NCBI GenBank assembly: GCA_028534125.1 | Contig: CM052816.1 | Coordinates: forward strand, 39,372,001 to 39,436,000 | From: Lama glama | Taxonomy: Eukaryota | Direction of reading: 5' to 3' | Length of the DNA stretch: 64,000 bases | Shown here: positions 25,593-39,104 of the stretch, in pieces | How the letters are laid out: every line of letters starts with the position of its first letter | How positions within the stretch are numbered: the stretch's first letter is position 1 | Notes under the pieces: generated by a model | The model's input: the letters and a program-made list of their open reading frames with translations, nothing else | What the model was told of the DNA's origin: nothing | Database searches by the model: none | Program-made: the position numbers and the translations under genes

Positions 25593-27999
25593 TTTGAGTA
25601 GGAAACTGTTAGCAGAAGAGAGAATAATTTAAAGAAGAAAATGAATGTGGTTGTACCATCTTTTGGGAGTGAAAAATTATTGGAAGTTGAAGCCCAGATA
25701 CTAAAATCTATTTGAAGATTTAGAAGAGCTCTTTTTTATCTTACATAAAGGAAGATAAATTTAGAGGTTTCCATCTTCATCAAGTAGGAGGGAAACACAT
25801 GTCATGAGAATGAAGTATTTTTGGTTTCAGATCAGAAGTTTGGGAAATGAGAATTATACAAAATTATAAATAATTAGATCAAATAAAATGAAAGATGGAT
25901 TTTGAGTGAGGACAGTAAAATCTGCTGTTCAGATAGGGTAGAAATAGCATAGGCCATAGTTTGGGGTGAAATTTAATAAATTGGAAGAAAATAAGTTAAC
26001 TGGAGATTTTTTGGGGTGGGGAAAGAATAGATTATTTCTTCTTGATTTCTGTAGATACTTCCAGCTAAGTCAGAAGCTGATTTTAACTAAAATAACTGGC
26101 TGTGTTTTTCACTCTAGAGAAAGGCTACCTGCCTACCTCTCCCCACCAACTTATAAAACATAATGTATTTCTTAAACAGATCTGGAGGAATCATTTTCCA
26201 GCTTGTGATCTTTAAAGATTTACCTGAATTGGATAAAAAAGAAGAAAATACAAGGCTTGAGCACTCTTTGATCATTTTGTGTTATTTCTTTGCTTACTGG
26301 ATAAATGAATTTTTAAGTGATCCCAAGAAATTATGAGAAAAATTACACTGACTTGTTTTAACTTCTTTTCACTCAAAGAAAATTACTTGTTTAAACTAGA
26401 ATTATGGAGATAACTACATTACATGCCAGTATTTCTGGATAGCCAAAGATATTTCTAAAATAAAATATTGTACAATTTGAATTTCATTTCCAATATTAGT
26501 GTACCTTTAAAACATAACACTGTGGGGAACCTTCAGTATAGAAATTTGGTTTATATATTTTGAAGTTTTTAGTCAGTAACTTACAAGTAGCAAATCAAAG
26601 ATCATCTAGCACCAAATGTTCAGCTAATGAATACATAGTATTAAAATTGCTAGCTTTCCTAATGGGCATTTAAAATGTCTCCATTTTGAAAGTCATATAA
26701 GAAAGTGAGGGATTCTTACACCATAGTTTTAATTATAAACTCCATCTATCAAAGCTAATTGTGCCAAATGATAATGGAGTTTAGTTTCCGTTACCACTGC
26801 ATCTTTCTTACTATCTAATGCTGTGAGATTCGCCTATGTTGAGAGTAGAGATAGAGCTTTAACTAGGTTTGTATAATATTCTACAAAGAGAACTCTACAG
26901 AACTTACCAATTAAATTAGAAAGGACATAACTATCCTAATTAGTAGAAATGATGATTAACAAGTTAACACAGTTCTAAAGATATGGTGTCAATAATGTGG
27001 TGGTGTTTCAATGAAATTTTCATCAGTCTGTGTATCTTCAGATTTATAAACAACTGTTATAAAATAGTTTATCAGAAAAGCCTTGATATACCTTTTCCCT
27101 GATTTTAATATACTTTTATTGAATTAAGATTCAGAATGCAGAAAAAATTATACATATTTATGACTATAAAAATGTGTTACTTTTAGGGAAAAAATTACAT
27201 TTTTAACCTAAAATATAAGAAACACTAAATTCATGAAGTTAATTCCAAATCAAAGTAATTAATATACCTGCCTTATATTCAGTCTAGAAACCGACTGTAA
27301 TCAGTATTGTTATGGAGCAGGATTTTTTTCTTACTCTGGAAATCAAAATTCCTATACTTTATGCCTGGGTGGGTTCAACTAGGTAAGATCTTAGCAGATC
27401 ATTTTCCCTTGAAATTTTTCAAAATATTGTTCAATAAAAACATTTCAAAGATAAAATATTGTTCACAAGGTATTAACAGTGAACATCCTCTAAACATACA
27501 TCTCTATTGTGTATCTAATAAGATCTGCTTCTAAGAAATTATTTAACAAAATGACCAGCTTACCAACAAAAGCCACAGCCTACTGAAAGCTCCTTGTCCA
27601 AATGGTGTCTTCAGTCCTGAGATACAGGGCTAAATGTTTGCACATCAGACCAGTTCTGATCCTGTGTACCCTTGACCGCTAAGAACAGAACACTGGTTTC
27701 TCAGAGGCCTTATTCAAATATATTTCTAGCCACTGTGTGCTTCTTCAGAACATTTCATGGTTAGTTTTCCTGAATCAATCTCCCGGGGACTATAGTGTAG
27801 TTTTACTTGGAGTTCAACGTTAAATACAAAGCTTTATTAGAGATTGTACAAAGCAAAATTTAAAGGGTAAGAAAGAAAGTCTGTTAATAACAAATCAACA
27901 AAACTGGAAAGTTTTTTTTTTTTAATGACCCAAGGAATGGTGCATTATAATAAAAGTTGTCATGTCTGAGTGCCTACCATTTGATGTATTTTAGAACCT

Positions 28000-28145
28000 A
28001 GGAACTCAGTGAGTACGAGGACCATCAGCAACACCTGAGCTCTTGTTAAATACACGTAACCTCAGGCCCAACCCAGGCATCAGAATCTGCATTTAAAAAG
28101 ATCCCTTTGTGATCTGTGTGCACATTAAAGTTTGAGAAGTCCTGA
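28000..28145. mobile_element. MER5-type hAT-Charlie MITE
   Basis: 'atcagcaacacctgagctcttgttaaa...tcagaatctgcattt...cacattaaagtttgagaag'. Confidence 0.8.
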
Positions 28146-28789
28146 TCTAGAGTATTATGCCTTCATCTACCAACAGTAGCACCTTCCTGAGTCCCATGTG
28201 CCTGCCAGTCTGTGTTAGACACTGGGAATATTGAGATAAATTGTTTCTTCACCAGAGAGTCTGAAAGTCTAGTGGGAAAGACAGACAGGCACAGATGGTG
28301 ACAGTTGGGTGAACAGAGTGCTAAGGAAACAAGAAGAGGAAGTAAGTCTGCTCTCTTGTAATGATCAGACAAGACAGGTTGACATTTCAACTAGTCCTTC
28401 AAAGATGGGGAGCACTTCCCAAGCCTTTAACCCTTCATCAGAAGCATGTATGTGGGAACTCTGCTTAGAGTCAGACTAATTTCCCATGAAGTCTTTAATT
28501 CCACCTCCATAGTCAAAGCAGGTCTGCATAGACCCTCAGAGGGTCTTTACCACCTGCACATTGTGATAAACTCACTGCTTCATGCTCTGCAAAGATCACA
28601 TTTTTGATAAAACTGTATAACTTGATTCTGCTAGAATTAAATGTGTGGTATTTCTGCAATTACCGCAGGAAGCCCCAGACTTCCCTCATACTCCTGGGTC
28701 ATCTCCTGATTGTCATCTAAGCTTGCACATGCCCTTTTTCAGTCTCCATCTCATCCCAGCACTGCCACACCACCGCCGTTCCCCTGCAG

Positions 28790-29770
28790 AAATACTTTAG
28801 AATTCGTGATATAGCAGAATATCCTATTTCATCAGCCTCTGTTTTGAGCATTTCCTCCCTCATTTTACTCTAACAGAAACCTGGATCTCCCCGATGATAC
28901 TTTTTTCCCCTGAAGCCATTTCAAGTGGTAATTGTTTTCCTTGACACCTCTAAGACCATTGGGCTTAAATGTGGAGTATTTTTTCTTTTGGTTCCTCACT
29001 GATAATTTTGTACCTCTCTCCTTCAGTTTGCCCTAAAACAATCAATCTTGGTTACTTTTTTGGTTTTACTGTCTTGTGGTACGTCACTGCTATTCCTTGT
29101 GTTGTCATCTGCAGATATCTGGGCACTCTCTTCATCTCTCAGTGATTATTAACTACTGCTTCATTGTCGTTTTCTTCAAGTCTCCTTATGTCTTATTTCT
29201 TGGTGATTTGAATATATACAGAGATGATCCTGCCAACTCTTTGAGCGTTCAGTTCCTTTAAGTGCTCTCCTGCAAAGAGCTTGGCCATCACTTACCTCAG
29301 CCACTCTCGTATGGTCATACCCTAGACCATGTCAGTTCCTTCACTCATAGCCTTTCCATTATCTCATTTCCATATAACTCATTGTTGGATTGCTCCCCCT
29401 TCACCCCTGTTCATTCCTCTAGAATTGCACAGCCAGCAGTCTCTTGAGCTTGCTGTGACATCCGTCTGTTGAGCCTACCAGTCTCAGTGCTGGTCCTTCT
29501 TCCTCTCTTCCTCAAGCCTGTGCCTTTTCTTTTCTGTGTCTGCACTTGCACCCTTGGCTTATCTCATCTCATCTTACACATTTATGTGTCATCTATATGC
29601 TGATGATACTCAATTTATAGCTTCAGCCTATACCTTTCTCTTGAACACCAGACTAAACCTAATGTGTTCCATGCAGGCAATTATTTTTGCTTTCTTTCTG
29701 TTTTATCTGTGTATCTCGATTACTGGAACAATATCTGGGATATGGTAGGCCTCCAATAAATAATGAATGT
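28790..29770 (+). mobile_element. L2 LINE relic with endonuclease, RT and 3'-end pieces
   Basis: Peptides LTETWISP, LGDLNIYRDDP, GHTLD and HLYADDTQ; tail 'ggtaggcctccaataaataatgaatg'. Confidence 0.8.
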
Positions 29771-30097
29771 ATTCTTTGCCCACCAAAGGAAAGAAATGAG
29801 TATGTGGTTTACTGAAATAATTTCAGGTAGTATCATGCGGTTGAAATAAAGAATGCATGTGTATGTATATGGTGATTTTAGGGAGTTTGTACTTCATGTT
29901 TTAGATACGGAGGAGTCTCAGATGATTTTCTGCCTTAAGTGAACAGGTAGATGGTGAAGTCATTAACAGACTGGAAGCACAGTAATTGAGGCAGTATTTG
30001 TAAGTCAGAAGAACTCATAAAGCTTGCATATGAGATTCTTAGGAGATGACTGAAAGATAAGATTTAAATATACATCCTTGGGCTCTAAGGTATAACC

Positions 30098-30208
30098 TTT
30101 TTGTTCACCTATTTTCTATATAGTAGTTAGTATCTGCAAATCCCAAACTCCTAATTTAATGCCTCCCCTCTTCCCCGCCCCAGTAACCATAAGTTTGTTT
30201 TCTGTCTC
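30098..30208 (-). mobile_element. L1 3'UTR fragment
   Basis: 'tatctgcaaatcccaaactcctaattta...gtaaccataagtttgttttctgt', homologous to 54080-54170. Confidence 0.8.
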
Positions 30209-30209
30209 A

Positions 30210-30549
30210 GTAGTATGGTTCAGTGTGTAATAGCATTATGCCTAAAAAAGCACATACCTTAATTAACAAACTTTATGGTTAAAAAATACTAACCATCACC
30301 TGAGCCTTTCGTGAGTTGTAGTAGTAACATCAAAGATCACTGATCACAGACCACCACAACAGCTGTAATAACAATGAGAAAGTCTGAAATATTCTAAGAA
30401 TTATCAAAATGTGATGCAGAGGCACAAGGTGAGCAAATGCTGTTGTAAAAATGGCAGCAAATAGACTTGCTACATGCAGAGTTGCCACAACCTTCAATTT
30501 GAAAAAAAAATTCTGTATCTACGAAGCACAATAAAATGAGGTATGCCTG
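30210..30549 (-). mobile_element. Tigger1-derived non-autonomous Tc1/mariner element
   Basis: Minus strand starts with the Tigger1 terminus caggcatacctc, flanked by TA (30550-30551); 'aacatcaaagatcactgatcacaga' is joined to Tigger1 3' sequence. Confidence 0.88.
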
Positions 30550-30811
30550 TAAATGAAATCTTCCAGAAAAAGAAAACTTTTAGCATACATTAAATAGGAC
30601 TTTCCATTTTTATTTGATAAAACTCCATTGAAATCATACAGTGTCATAATTTTAATATTATTCCTATTTTGTCAATGTATTTTTCTATTTATTGAGTCCC
30701 CTCTTCCTCCTCTTCCTCTCCTTTGCTTTCTCCTCCTGATTCTTCTTATTTTTGTTTTGGATAATTTTCCTTTTAATATGGCACTCAGTTTTGAGTAAGA
30801 TATGGGAAACA

Positions 30812-31043
30812 ATTTGCATAGTGGTAAAGAAAATGGACTTGGTGTTCATACCCAGAAGCAAAGCCTACTTACCTGGTAACCTTGGACGTGTCACGAAGCC
30901 CTGTGCAGCTCAGTTCTCATTCATATAAAGTAACAACGGAACTGACCTTACTATGTTATATTAAGTATTACATAAGTTAATATTTCTAAGGTACTACATT
31001 TAAAGGGCTGTGGACAATAATCACTCAGTAAATGTTATTGATT
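30812..31043 (+). mobile_element. MIR SINE, near full length
   Basis: 'gcatagtggtaaaga...accttggac...ctcagttctcat...cactcagtaaatgttatt'. Confidence 0.75.
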
Positions 31044-31454
31044 AATTGGCTTCATCACTCTGCTTCATGGAAAATGCTGGTAGAGTTGATAGAACTTTCA
31101 TCAGTGCCCAAGAAACAAATACACTCAGAACCATCAAAACACGAAGTATTTTGTATCATTTCATTTTACAAGCACCATATCAAAAAGACTTAAAAAAAAG
31201 ACTAAAATTCATTTATGTTTCTTCTACTCTGACGCATCAGATACCTTCATTTTTTTCTGAATTCCTTTCCAAATCTTTTCCATATCCATGTAATTACGTC
31301 TTTTGGTTGATTCCAACTTACCATTCACTCTGAGCAAATCTTATATTTCCCATTAAATTTTCATAATTATAATTTTAAATTTTAATAGCTGGATAGAATT
31401 TTTCCTGTGGAGTCATAATTTACATAACTCCTAATCCATTTCATTTTTCATTAT

Positions 31455-31842
31455 TTTTTATATTTTTGAATTAAAATATATTTGACTTATAATGTGTAAA
31501 TTTAAGGTGTGCATTATGTTAATTTAATATATTCATATGTTGTAATATGATTGCCTTTGTGGCAATAGTTACCACTTCTATCAAAATGCATAATTATTCC
31601 CATTTAGTGGTTGAAATAATTAAGTTCTAGTCTCTTAGCAGGTTTGATGATTAGAATAGGATATTGTTGTCTGTATTTGTTACACTGTGTATCAGATCTC
31701 TAGGACTTACTCACTACTTCTTGCCAGTTTGCACCCTTAAGCGATATCTATCCTATCTTTCTCAGCCCTTGTCCCCTGGACCATTTTACTCTCTGTTTTT
31801 ACAGGTTAGGCTTTTTTAGGTCATACATATAAATAATGATAA
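31455..31842 (-). mobile_element. 5'-truncated L1 3'UTR
   Basis: 'tgtgtaaatttaaggtgt', 'tctcttagcaggtttga', 'ccattttactctctgttt'. Confidence 0.8.
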
Positions 31843-32529
31843 TCTGTAAATAAAGGTATTTATGCTAGAACTTTTTGTTTGTATTGAAATCTGAGTATAT
31901 GAGTATACGATAGTATACTCAGATGATAAATGGATTCTTGTATTTATGTTAATATCTGATTTTTCTAAAAAGTAATATTAATTTATATGGCCATTATCAA
32001 AATATATGATTGATCCTGTTATAATTCTAATAGATTTTTACTAACAATGGCCCAGAGAATGTGAGTCAATTTGAACATTTTTTTGTTTCATACACATCAC
32101 CAGCCTAAAAAGTAGATATTAATATCATTTTGTTGATGTCATTCAGAGAGGAAATTTCTTTGTAAATTATCATATAGCATAATTTTGAATTTTGGTTCCC
32201 AAGTCATTATTTTTACTAATTTAATCTTAGAATAAGAATTATCCCTTCCAAAATAGTTTAAAAAAAAGAGCAACAACTTTAGATGGACAATCTGTAACTG
32301 AAATAACAAATTCAAATAGAAATAGATTTCAGTAATATTATTTTATCATAACTTGTTTCATAAAAAAAGGAAATTCCTTAGGATACTGAAAAATGAATTC
32401 ATCTTTAAAATGAAGCAATCTGAATTAAAATTCAAGTACTTGAATCTAGTTAAATGTTCTTAAGATAGAGAATGCTAATTAGTCAGCTAGAATATAATAG
32501 AAATACCTCTATTTTTATGCAGTGAACAA

Positions 32530-32910
32530 CACTAGTGCCACAAGTATCTAGTTTTATTCTCCTGGATCTATAGAGAAAACTATATTTTGCTGTTTCTTGA
32601 TTGCAAGGCAGAGACAGGTAATGAATTCTGTCCAATAGGCTGTGAGAAGAAGTGTTGAGCTTTACTTCTGGGATAGATCTTTTAACTTGGGGATTCTGTT
32701 TTCTTCTCCTGTTGCAATGAACAAGGTGGCCTCATGTTCCCGCTAAAGAGTATCAGGCAGCATAGCTTCCATCGGCCTGGGTCTCTGTGTGCGTGTGTGG
32801 GGCAGAGCCATGCAGGACATGTACTGCATGGGTGGGGAGCATGCAAAATTCAACGTTTGTTCAGATTTCCCTCTGTGATTTGGAATTTTTTGGAACCTAA
32901 ACTGACATTT
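32530..32910 (+). mobile_element. MaLR LTR fragment (MLT1I/J-like)
   Basis: 'gaattctgtccaataggctgtgagaagaagtg', 'gcttccatcggcctgggtc', 'ggggcagagcc'. Confidence 0.65.
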
Positions 32911-34994
32911 TACATGTTCTCCTCACCCATGAGTTGAACAAAACAGTAGTTAACAATATTTTACTTGCTTATGAATTTAACCAAACTAATTATCTGTCTT
33001 TCAAATTTTGCCCTATTTTCCTTTACAAATAAATGACTTAATTTGATCATCTGTGAATTCAAAACATGTAGTAATATTTAACTTTTTTTCTGATTCTTTT
33101 TAAATAGACTATATTCTCAGTTCTTTTAATTCCTCATTTTTTAATATTTGAAAATGACAATGTGTGACTATACACACAGCTATATAAAATATACAAGAGT
33201 TTCAATAATAGAATACGATGACAGTATTTTGGGTTGGTTGAATTAAGGATCCTCCCTTTTGTCTTAGATACGTTTGAAATATTTATATTGATTTTATAAT
33301 AAAAAAAGATCATTGCTGTCCATAAGAATGTGATGAAATATTTTATTAGCTTATCCATAAAGTATCTCCCTTTTAGTTAAAAAAAAAAACCCTTGAAGCC
33401 TAAATAATGAGTTAAAACAGGAACACATTCTGAAGCCTTTGAAAAGAAGTTACTCAGATATGGATTATGAAAAGTTTTCAAAGCAAGAATATATTCCAGT
33501 AACTTTATAAAAACTGCAAGTTGATTACCTGCAAAAAAAATTTTAAAAAATATGTTTGATAATTTAGGGATATAAATGTCAGGAAATATGCAGTTGTTTT
33601 CAGTTTCATCTCTCATAACCATATAGACTCACTTACACTATTTTCTAGTATAGAAGACTAATTAGATTCACAAAAACTGGCATGCTTGCAGTGCCGGGTA
33701 CCATAATTAAAATTTCAACTTTAATTTCTAAGTGTCTGTTCTTTGATTTACTGTCATATGCTGGATTATTTTAGGTGCATCTGTTGAACAAATACTTCTT
33801 AAATAATTACTTCACTCTTTCAGACTGTATCTATGTTTAATCAGAGAGAAAACAAAGACTGTTTTTCATAAGAATATTAAAAAACTCAAAGAAGAAAAAA
33901 ATCTATCTTCTAAATTTTAGAACAACTTAAGTCTCCCATCCTGTACGTTTTCAGTTGTCTTTGGTGAGTTTTGTCCTGGAAATCTTCCTACTAAGTTATA
34001 ATTCTATCTCAGTTTTGAACAAAGAATATTAGATAACAAAATATATGGAAATTAATGAAATAAAACACGTGGCAGAACAGAATGAGTAAGGAGGAAGATA
34101 ATAAGTTGGTGAATGTTTCATTAGACATTATCTTACCTCCCAAATTGCTGCATTGCTATTTTGGATAATATTAATGCACATAAACTTATTATTAGGATAT
34201 TAAGGCTTAAAGATACTTTTTTGAATTTGCACAGGTTTAAATCTAGTTTGGTGTAGAGATCAAGGAGAGAAGAAAACAGCTAATAAATACAAGCAGGAAC
34301 TGCTAAGATCACAGTAAAACTCTAAAAAAGTCATCAATTGAGGGAGAAATAATTGTGATATGAACAGTTTATTCATTTATGCCCTTTTCCCACAGCTGGT
34401 GATAAAAATCAATCCTTTTAGAAATAATTTTAATCATGAATGTAGGTGTCAGCTGTAAATAGCTTCTTTTCTGAGCCAAAATATTTGAGACTCATATATG
34501 CATAGAGACTTCTGTATAAGTCAATATATGCACATGATAAGTGGATGATATTTGAATTAAGATAGGTTCACCTTTTCTGATACAGCATAAATCTGAAAAT
34601 ACTTAGTTTTACACTATAATTAAGTCTCTAGGAGTATTCCTTTCTGAATAAATAAAGTAATCAATTCAACTAATGAGAGTCCTTATTATATGTAAGACTT
34701 GGTATAATAAATGTCACCTGGGCTTGTTTAACTTTTTGCTAATTGAACTAAACTTAACGTTATAGTTTTCTTATAATTTGAAACCAGCCCAGTTACAGAT
34801 GTAAGTTAAAGTCAAGTATCAAATTTGCAAGATTGAAAATATCAAAAACAGTAATCTTAAGGCTAAAGCAAGAAAACTATGAGATTAAAGACATATAGTA
34901 AATCCTTCAGCATTTATACTTTCTAATATACTGGAAAAATGTATCTTGGATTTTTAAATAGTACTCTGCCAAATTCACACTGCAACATAGATTT

Positions 34995-35135
34995 ATTATT
35001 TTTATAATTTTTTATTGAAATATAGTTGTTTTATAATATTGTTTCAAGTGTACAGCAAAATGACTCAGTTTTTTTTTCAGATTTTATTAAACATTACAGG
35101 TTATTATAGGATATTGAATATAATTTTCTGTGCTT
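34995..35135 (-). mobile_element. Short L1 3'-terminal fragment
   Basis: 'tttttattgaaatatagttg...caagtgtacagca...caggttattataggatattgaatata'. Confidence 0.8.
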
Positions 35136-37784
35136 TAAATTTGTAGTGGAAAATGACAAGAAAATTAAGCCATTGTTGAGAAGATCTTCCAGTATGTTGT
35201 TTTGTGACAATTAAATAAGATTAACAGATAAAAATAATTTCCTGAATTTAACTTTAAAAATAAAGAAAATAGAGATCCCTGCATATGTTTTTGAAGTTCA
35301 GCTTATATTTATTATTGATTTTATTAGTTAACCAGAAAATGTGTTATACCTGAACACTCCTTTTCACATAGCTGACTGTGTAACAGAACTTTATTGTTCA
35401 CAAACCACTATTTTATATCTTCTGCACAGTTTGAAAGAAAGTGTGAATTTAAATTTTTCTTTGCTTTTGGCTACCATTTTCATAACTTCAGAATAAGCAA
35501 ATCTTCCTTAGAAAGGAGAAAACTCTGAGCAGCAAGGCCTGCTTGTATTTTGACCTAATGGAGATCAATGTAGTCTGATCATTAGCCAAATCGGGAAGGA
35601 AATAAAATAAGATATTTTATTTGATTGATTTGATCATTCGATTAAAATGAAATACTTAATCTAGGGCTCTAAGTTAAAAAAAAAAAAAGAAAAGAAGAGA
35701 AAAAGAAAGAAACTCAGTATGTTTCCATAATAAACTTTCCTGAATCATATATCTTGGTGAACTTAATTATTTTTAGAATTTAGGAGAATTCTTTCAGTTT
35801 TCAATCTTCAGTTGTGGCATTTTCTCCCATTCTTAGTCCCCTTAGAAAATATCCCTTCCTTCATTACTATTCAAAAGATGGATAATGAATATACTTTTTA
35901 AAGATTGACAATAACTCTATCATAACACTAAGAATTGTATTTTCCTCTGTATAGTGGTTTTATTTTGGTCATTGGATCCTTATTTCTTTTCTTGATAGTG
36001 GCGCAATTATAGTGTTTTGAACTATGTTTTTATAAAGTATATTTATCCTTTACATCCAATGATCTTGGGAAATTAGTTTTCCCTTGTTATTCTCACGGTA
36101 GCACTTGATCTTGAAAAGACTCTTATTTTTCCTTTCTTGAAAATTATTGAAAAATGGATCTTTTCCCTAGAATTCTAGCACATCTTATAAACGTGGCCTA
36201 ACAGTGGAATTTATAGCATGCGGTCTGTTTAGGGTCTCTGTGTACATAGTTTCCTTTGTGCTGCTTTCTTATAAGTAAAGTGGTTTGGAGAGACTGCTGG
36301 TTTTGACATTTTAATTTTAGTACAATATACAGCCATGACACATAATCTGCCTCTTTTTTGTTTTCATGGCTCTAGAGTCACTTCTGCCATCTTCAGGGGT
36401 ATAAGTCACATGATTGGTAGACCAATGGAATCATTGAACTCCACGGTCCTCCCCAGTTACAAAAATCTATGATAATTTATAATTTAAGATAATAGAAAAT
36501 TTTCATTTTTGAAAAAATCGTGTTACCCCTGTTTTCTTTTCCTGGAATGTCCTCTTTAATGCCAGTACACTTGGAAGTTTCTCTTGAACCGATCCTTCAA
36601 GTCCAGACTCAATTCCTTTCTCCCAGGGAACTTCATTGTCCTTCAATGAAATTTGTTCTCTAGAGTCCTCATACTCTTCTAGTCTGTAATCAGTGTTGGC
36701 TATCATAAAAGATTTGTTTAATTGAACTAAGAGAGGGGAAACAAAAGAAATAGGTCAAAATCAAACGATTAAAGGCATTACTCCTAGAAGAGTCAGATGA
36801 AATAAAGAGCATAGAAAGAAAGCTGAACATCCACTAAATTAACTCTGTGTCACAAGCTAGTCACCAAATCTTTTATGAACTGCTAGTCTTCAAAGCCTCC
36901 GTTGTCAGTAATGAACTCTGCTCGATGTTAAACCATTAATCTCATACTTCTTTTGGGAGTAGTATTGTATCAGGTGCCGTTTTGATTTAGAACTTCAAGT
37001 TTCACTCATTGGCCTTGGTCAGCCCTTAGAAACAGCAAAGGTTTCACTGCAGGGAATGCAATAGGTGCCTTTCTGCATTAAACCTCCAGCTTCATCAAGA
37101 AAACACATGCCTCAGAAATGTGAATTAGAATAAAAGTCAATCTTCACAACATCCTCTGTTATCTGTCTTCTAGTTCTGGGTAGCAGGTAGCTTTGGACAT
37201 TTGAACGTGCTTGAATTCTTGAGCTTATTTCTCTGGAATCTGTATCATTGGGAAGTCTTGCCGGTAGGAAACCGAGAATTTGCTTCAGTGGTCTGTGATA
37301 TGTTAGGGAAAAAAAGAGACCAGAAACAGAGTTTTAGTTCAACCGCGTTACAGTAAGGAAACTGTTAATGTAGGGCAACACAATTAAAGGACGTACATCA
37401 TAAAACAAGCATGCTGCCGTAGATAGTTTCTCTTAAACTCTCCGCGTGTTTTAGGATGATAAATATTGCTACAGGGTGGATATTGGAGACTTGCAGGTGT
37501 TGAGCAGAGAAATCCCAACCTGATTTAGGAAGTCTAATGAGGGTGGTATGTAAGTAATGGAAATGTTCAATAAAGCTAATGAAGGAAAACTTGGTGATTC
37601 AGTACAAAACGTATTTTTTCTTATTACAGAACAAGGGATGTGTACTGTATTCATGGGTTTGTTATTTTATATATTTATCAAGGTTCAAAATGGAAAGATT
37701 TTGTTTTGTAGAAGAGAGTTAAATACTTTAAAATAAAACCTTTAAATGATTCCTTCACACGTGTGCTGAAATAAAAATGTTTTA

Positions 37785-38175
37785 AAAATAGACTGTAATT
37801 CATACCTCACATCATATATAAAATAGGCTTACTGCAAAAGTTAAACCTATACAAAATGTATAGCAACATATAGAAAGAAATCTTTCTGATCCTGGATTAA
37901 ATCAAGATTTTTCAAATACAACTCCAAAAACACAATTTATAAAGAAAAGAAATGATAAATTGGACTGCAAAAAAGTTTAAAACTTCTTCAAAAGATGCTG
38001 TAAAGTAAATGAAAAGAAAAGCCACAGACTCAGAGAAAATAATTACTAAACATGTATCTGGTCAAAGACTTGTACTCAGAATAGAAAACAAAACAAAACC
38101 TCTCAAAAAACCTCTTACAGAGCAATAATAAACAAACCACTGAATCAAACATGGGCAAGAGATTTGAACACACAC
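37785..38175 (+). mobile_element. L1 ORF2 3' fragment
   Basis: 'catacctcacatcatatataaaa', 'tgataaattggact', 'aagccacagactcagagaaaata', 'atgggcaagagatttgaaca'. Confidence 0.8.
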
Positions 38176-38179
38176 ACAT

Positions 38180-38908
38180 TAACAGAGCTTTAATTTGCTT
38201 TTCCCTAATGCCTAATGATGTGCTTATTGTTAATTTGTATCCTCTTTGGTGAAGCATCTGTTCATATCTTTTGCCCATTTTCTCATTGAATTGATTGTTT
38301 TCTCCGTGTTAAGTTTTGAGAGCTCTTTATGTACTCTAGGTACTAATCCTTTGTGGGGTATGTGGTTTGCAAACTTTTTCTACTTGGCTTTTCATCGTTG
38401 TCAGAGGGTCTTTCACACAGCCAAAGACTTAATTTTCCTAAGTCCAGTGTATCATTTTTTTCCATTTGTGGACTGTGCTTTTTATGTTAAGCCTAAGAAA
38501 TCTTTGCTATCCCTAGATCTTGAAGATGTTCTCCTGTCAAGGAGAGACACTTTTTCTGTTGATATTTGGCTAGAGTAGGGTGGGTATTGTCAAAAAGTTT
38601 TTTTTTCTGGCTTTGACCCTTTGACTAGATGGGCCAGGATTTTTCTGGGGATTTTCTTTCTGTGCCTGCTGGCAGTTCCAGGTTGGATGTTATGCAGGGC
38701 TGTCTCATGTGTATCGGAGGCAATAAGAAAAGCCAAGGAACTCACTGCCAAGTCTTTCCTTAAGTCTTGAAGTCCATAGGCAGCCATCCTCTTCCTTCCA
38801 CCTTCCAGAGATTTCCTATGCTTATTTGTTGTGTTATGCCTGGAAATTTCAGTTGTAAAGGAGGAGACCTTGGAGAAAGGTGGCTGCACCATCTTGGCAG
38901 AAATGGGA
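38180..38908 (-). mobile_element. L1 (L1MC/MD-like) with 5'UTR joined directly to the ORF2 3' region
   Basis: 38180-38535 is antisense late ORF2; 38540-38908 resembles an old L1 5' end and finishes 'ccatcttggcagaa'. Confidence 0.65.
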
Positions 38909-39104
38909 GACCCAAGTCATAAAATTTTAACGAAACTGAGAGATACTGTGCAAAGCTCTGTGTATTTACTACTGACTCCACATTGTATTGAGAATTTAAG
39001 GTGATTTAATCGTTTTTATACACAAGGAAAGTGTGTTGAGATGTATGACATCCAAAATTAAGTGGCAAGGTCAATAATTGTTGAGTTTTTGTTACTTGCA
39101 ATAT

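Noticed and set aside
27283..27382. Possible exon ending TAG|gtaaga
   Set aside because: Mediocre acceptor, stops in the reading frames and no recognisable protein.
33824..33963. 140-nt segment with plausible acceptor and donor
   Set aside because: Stops in all three frames; it could only be non-coding and has no further support.
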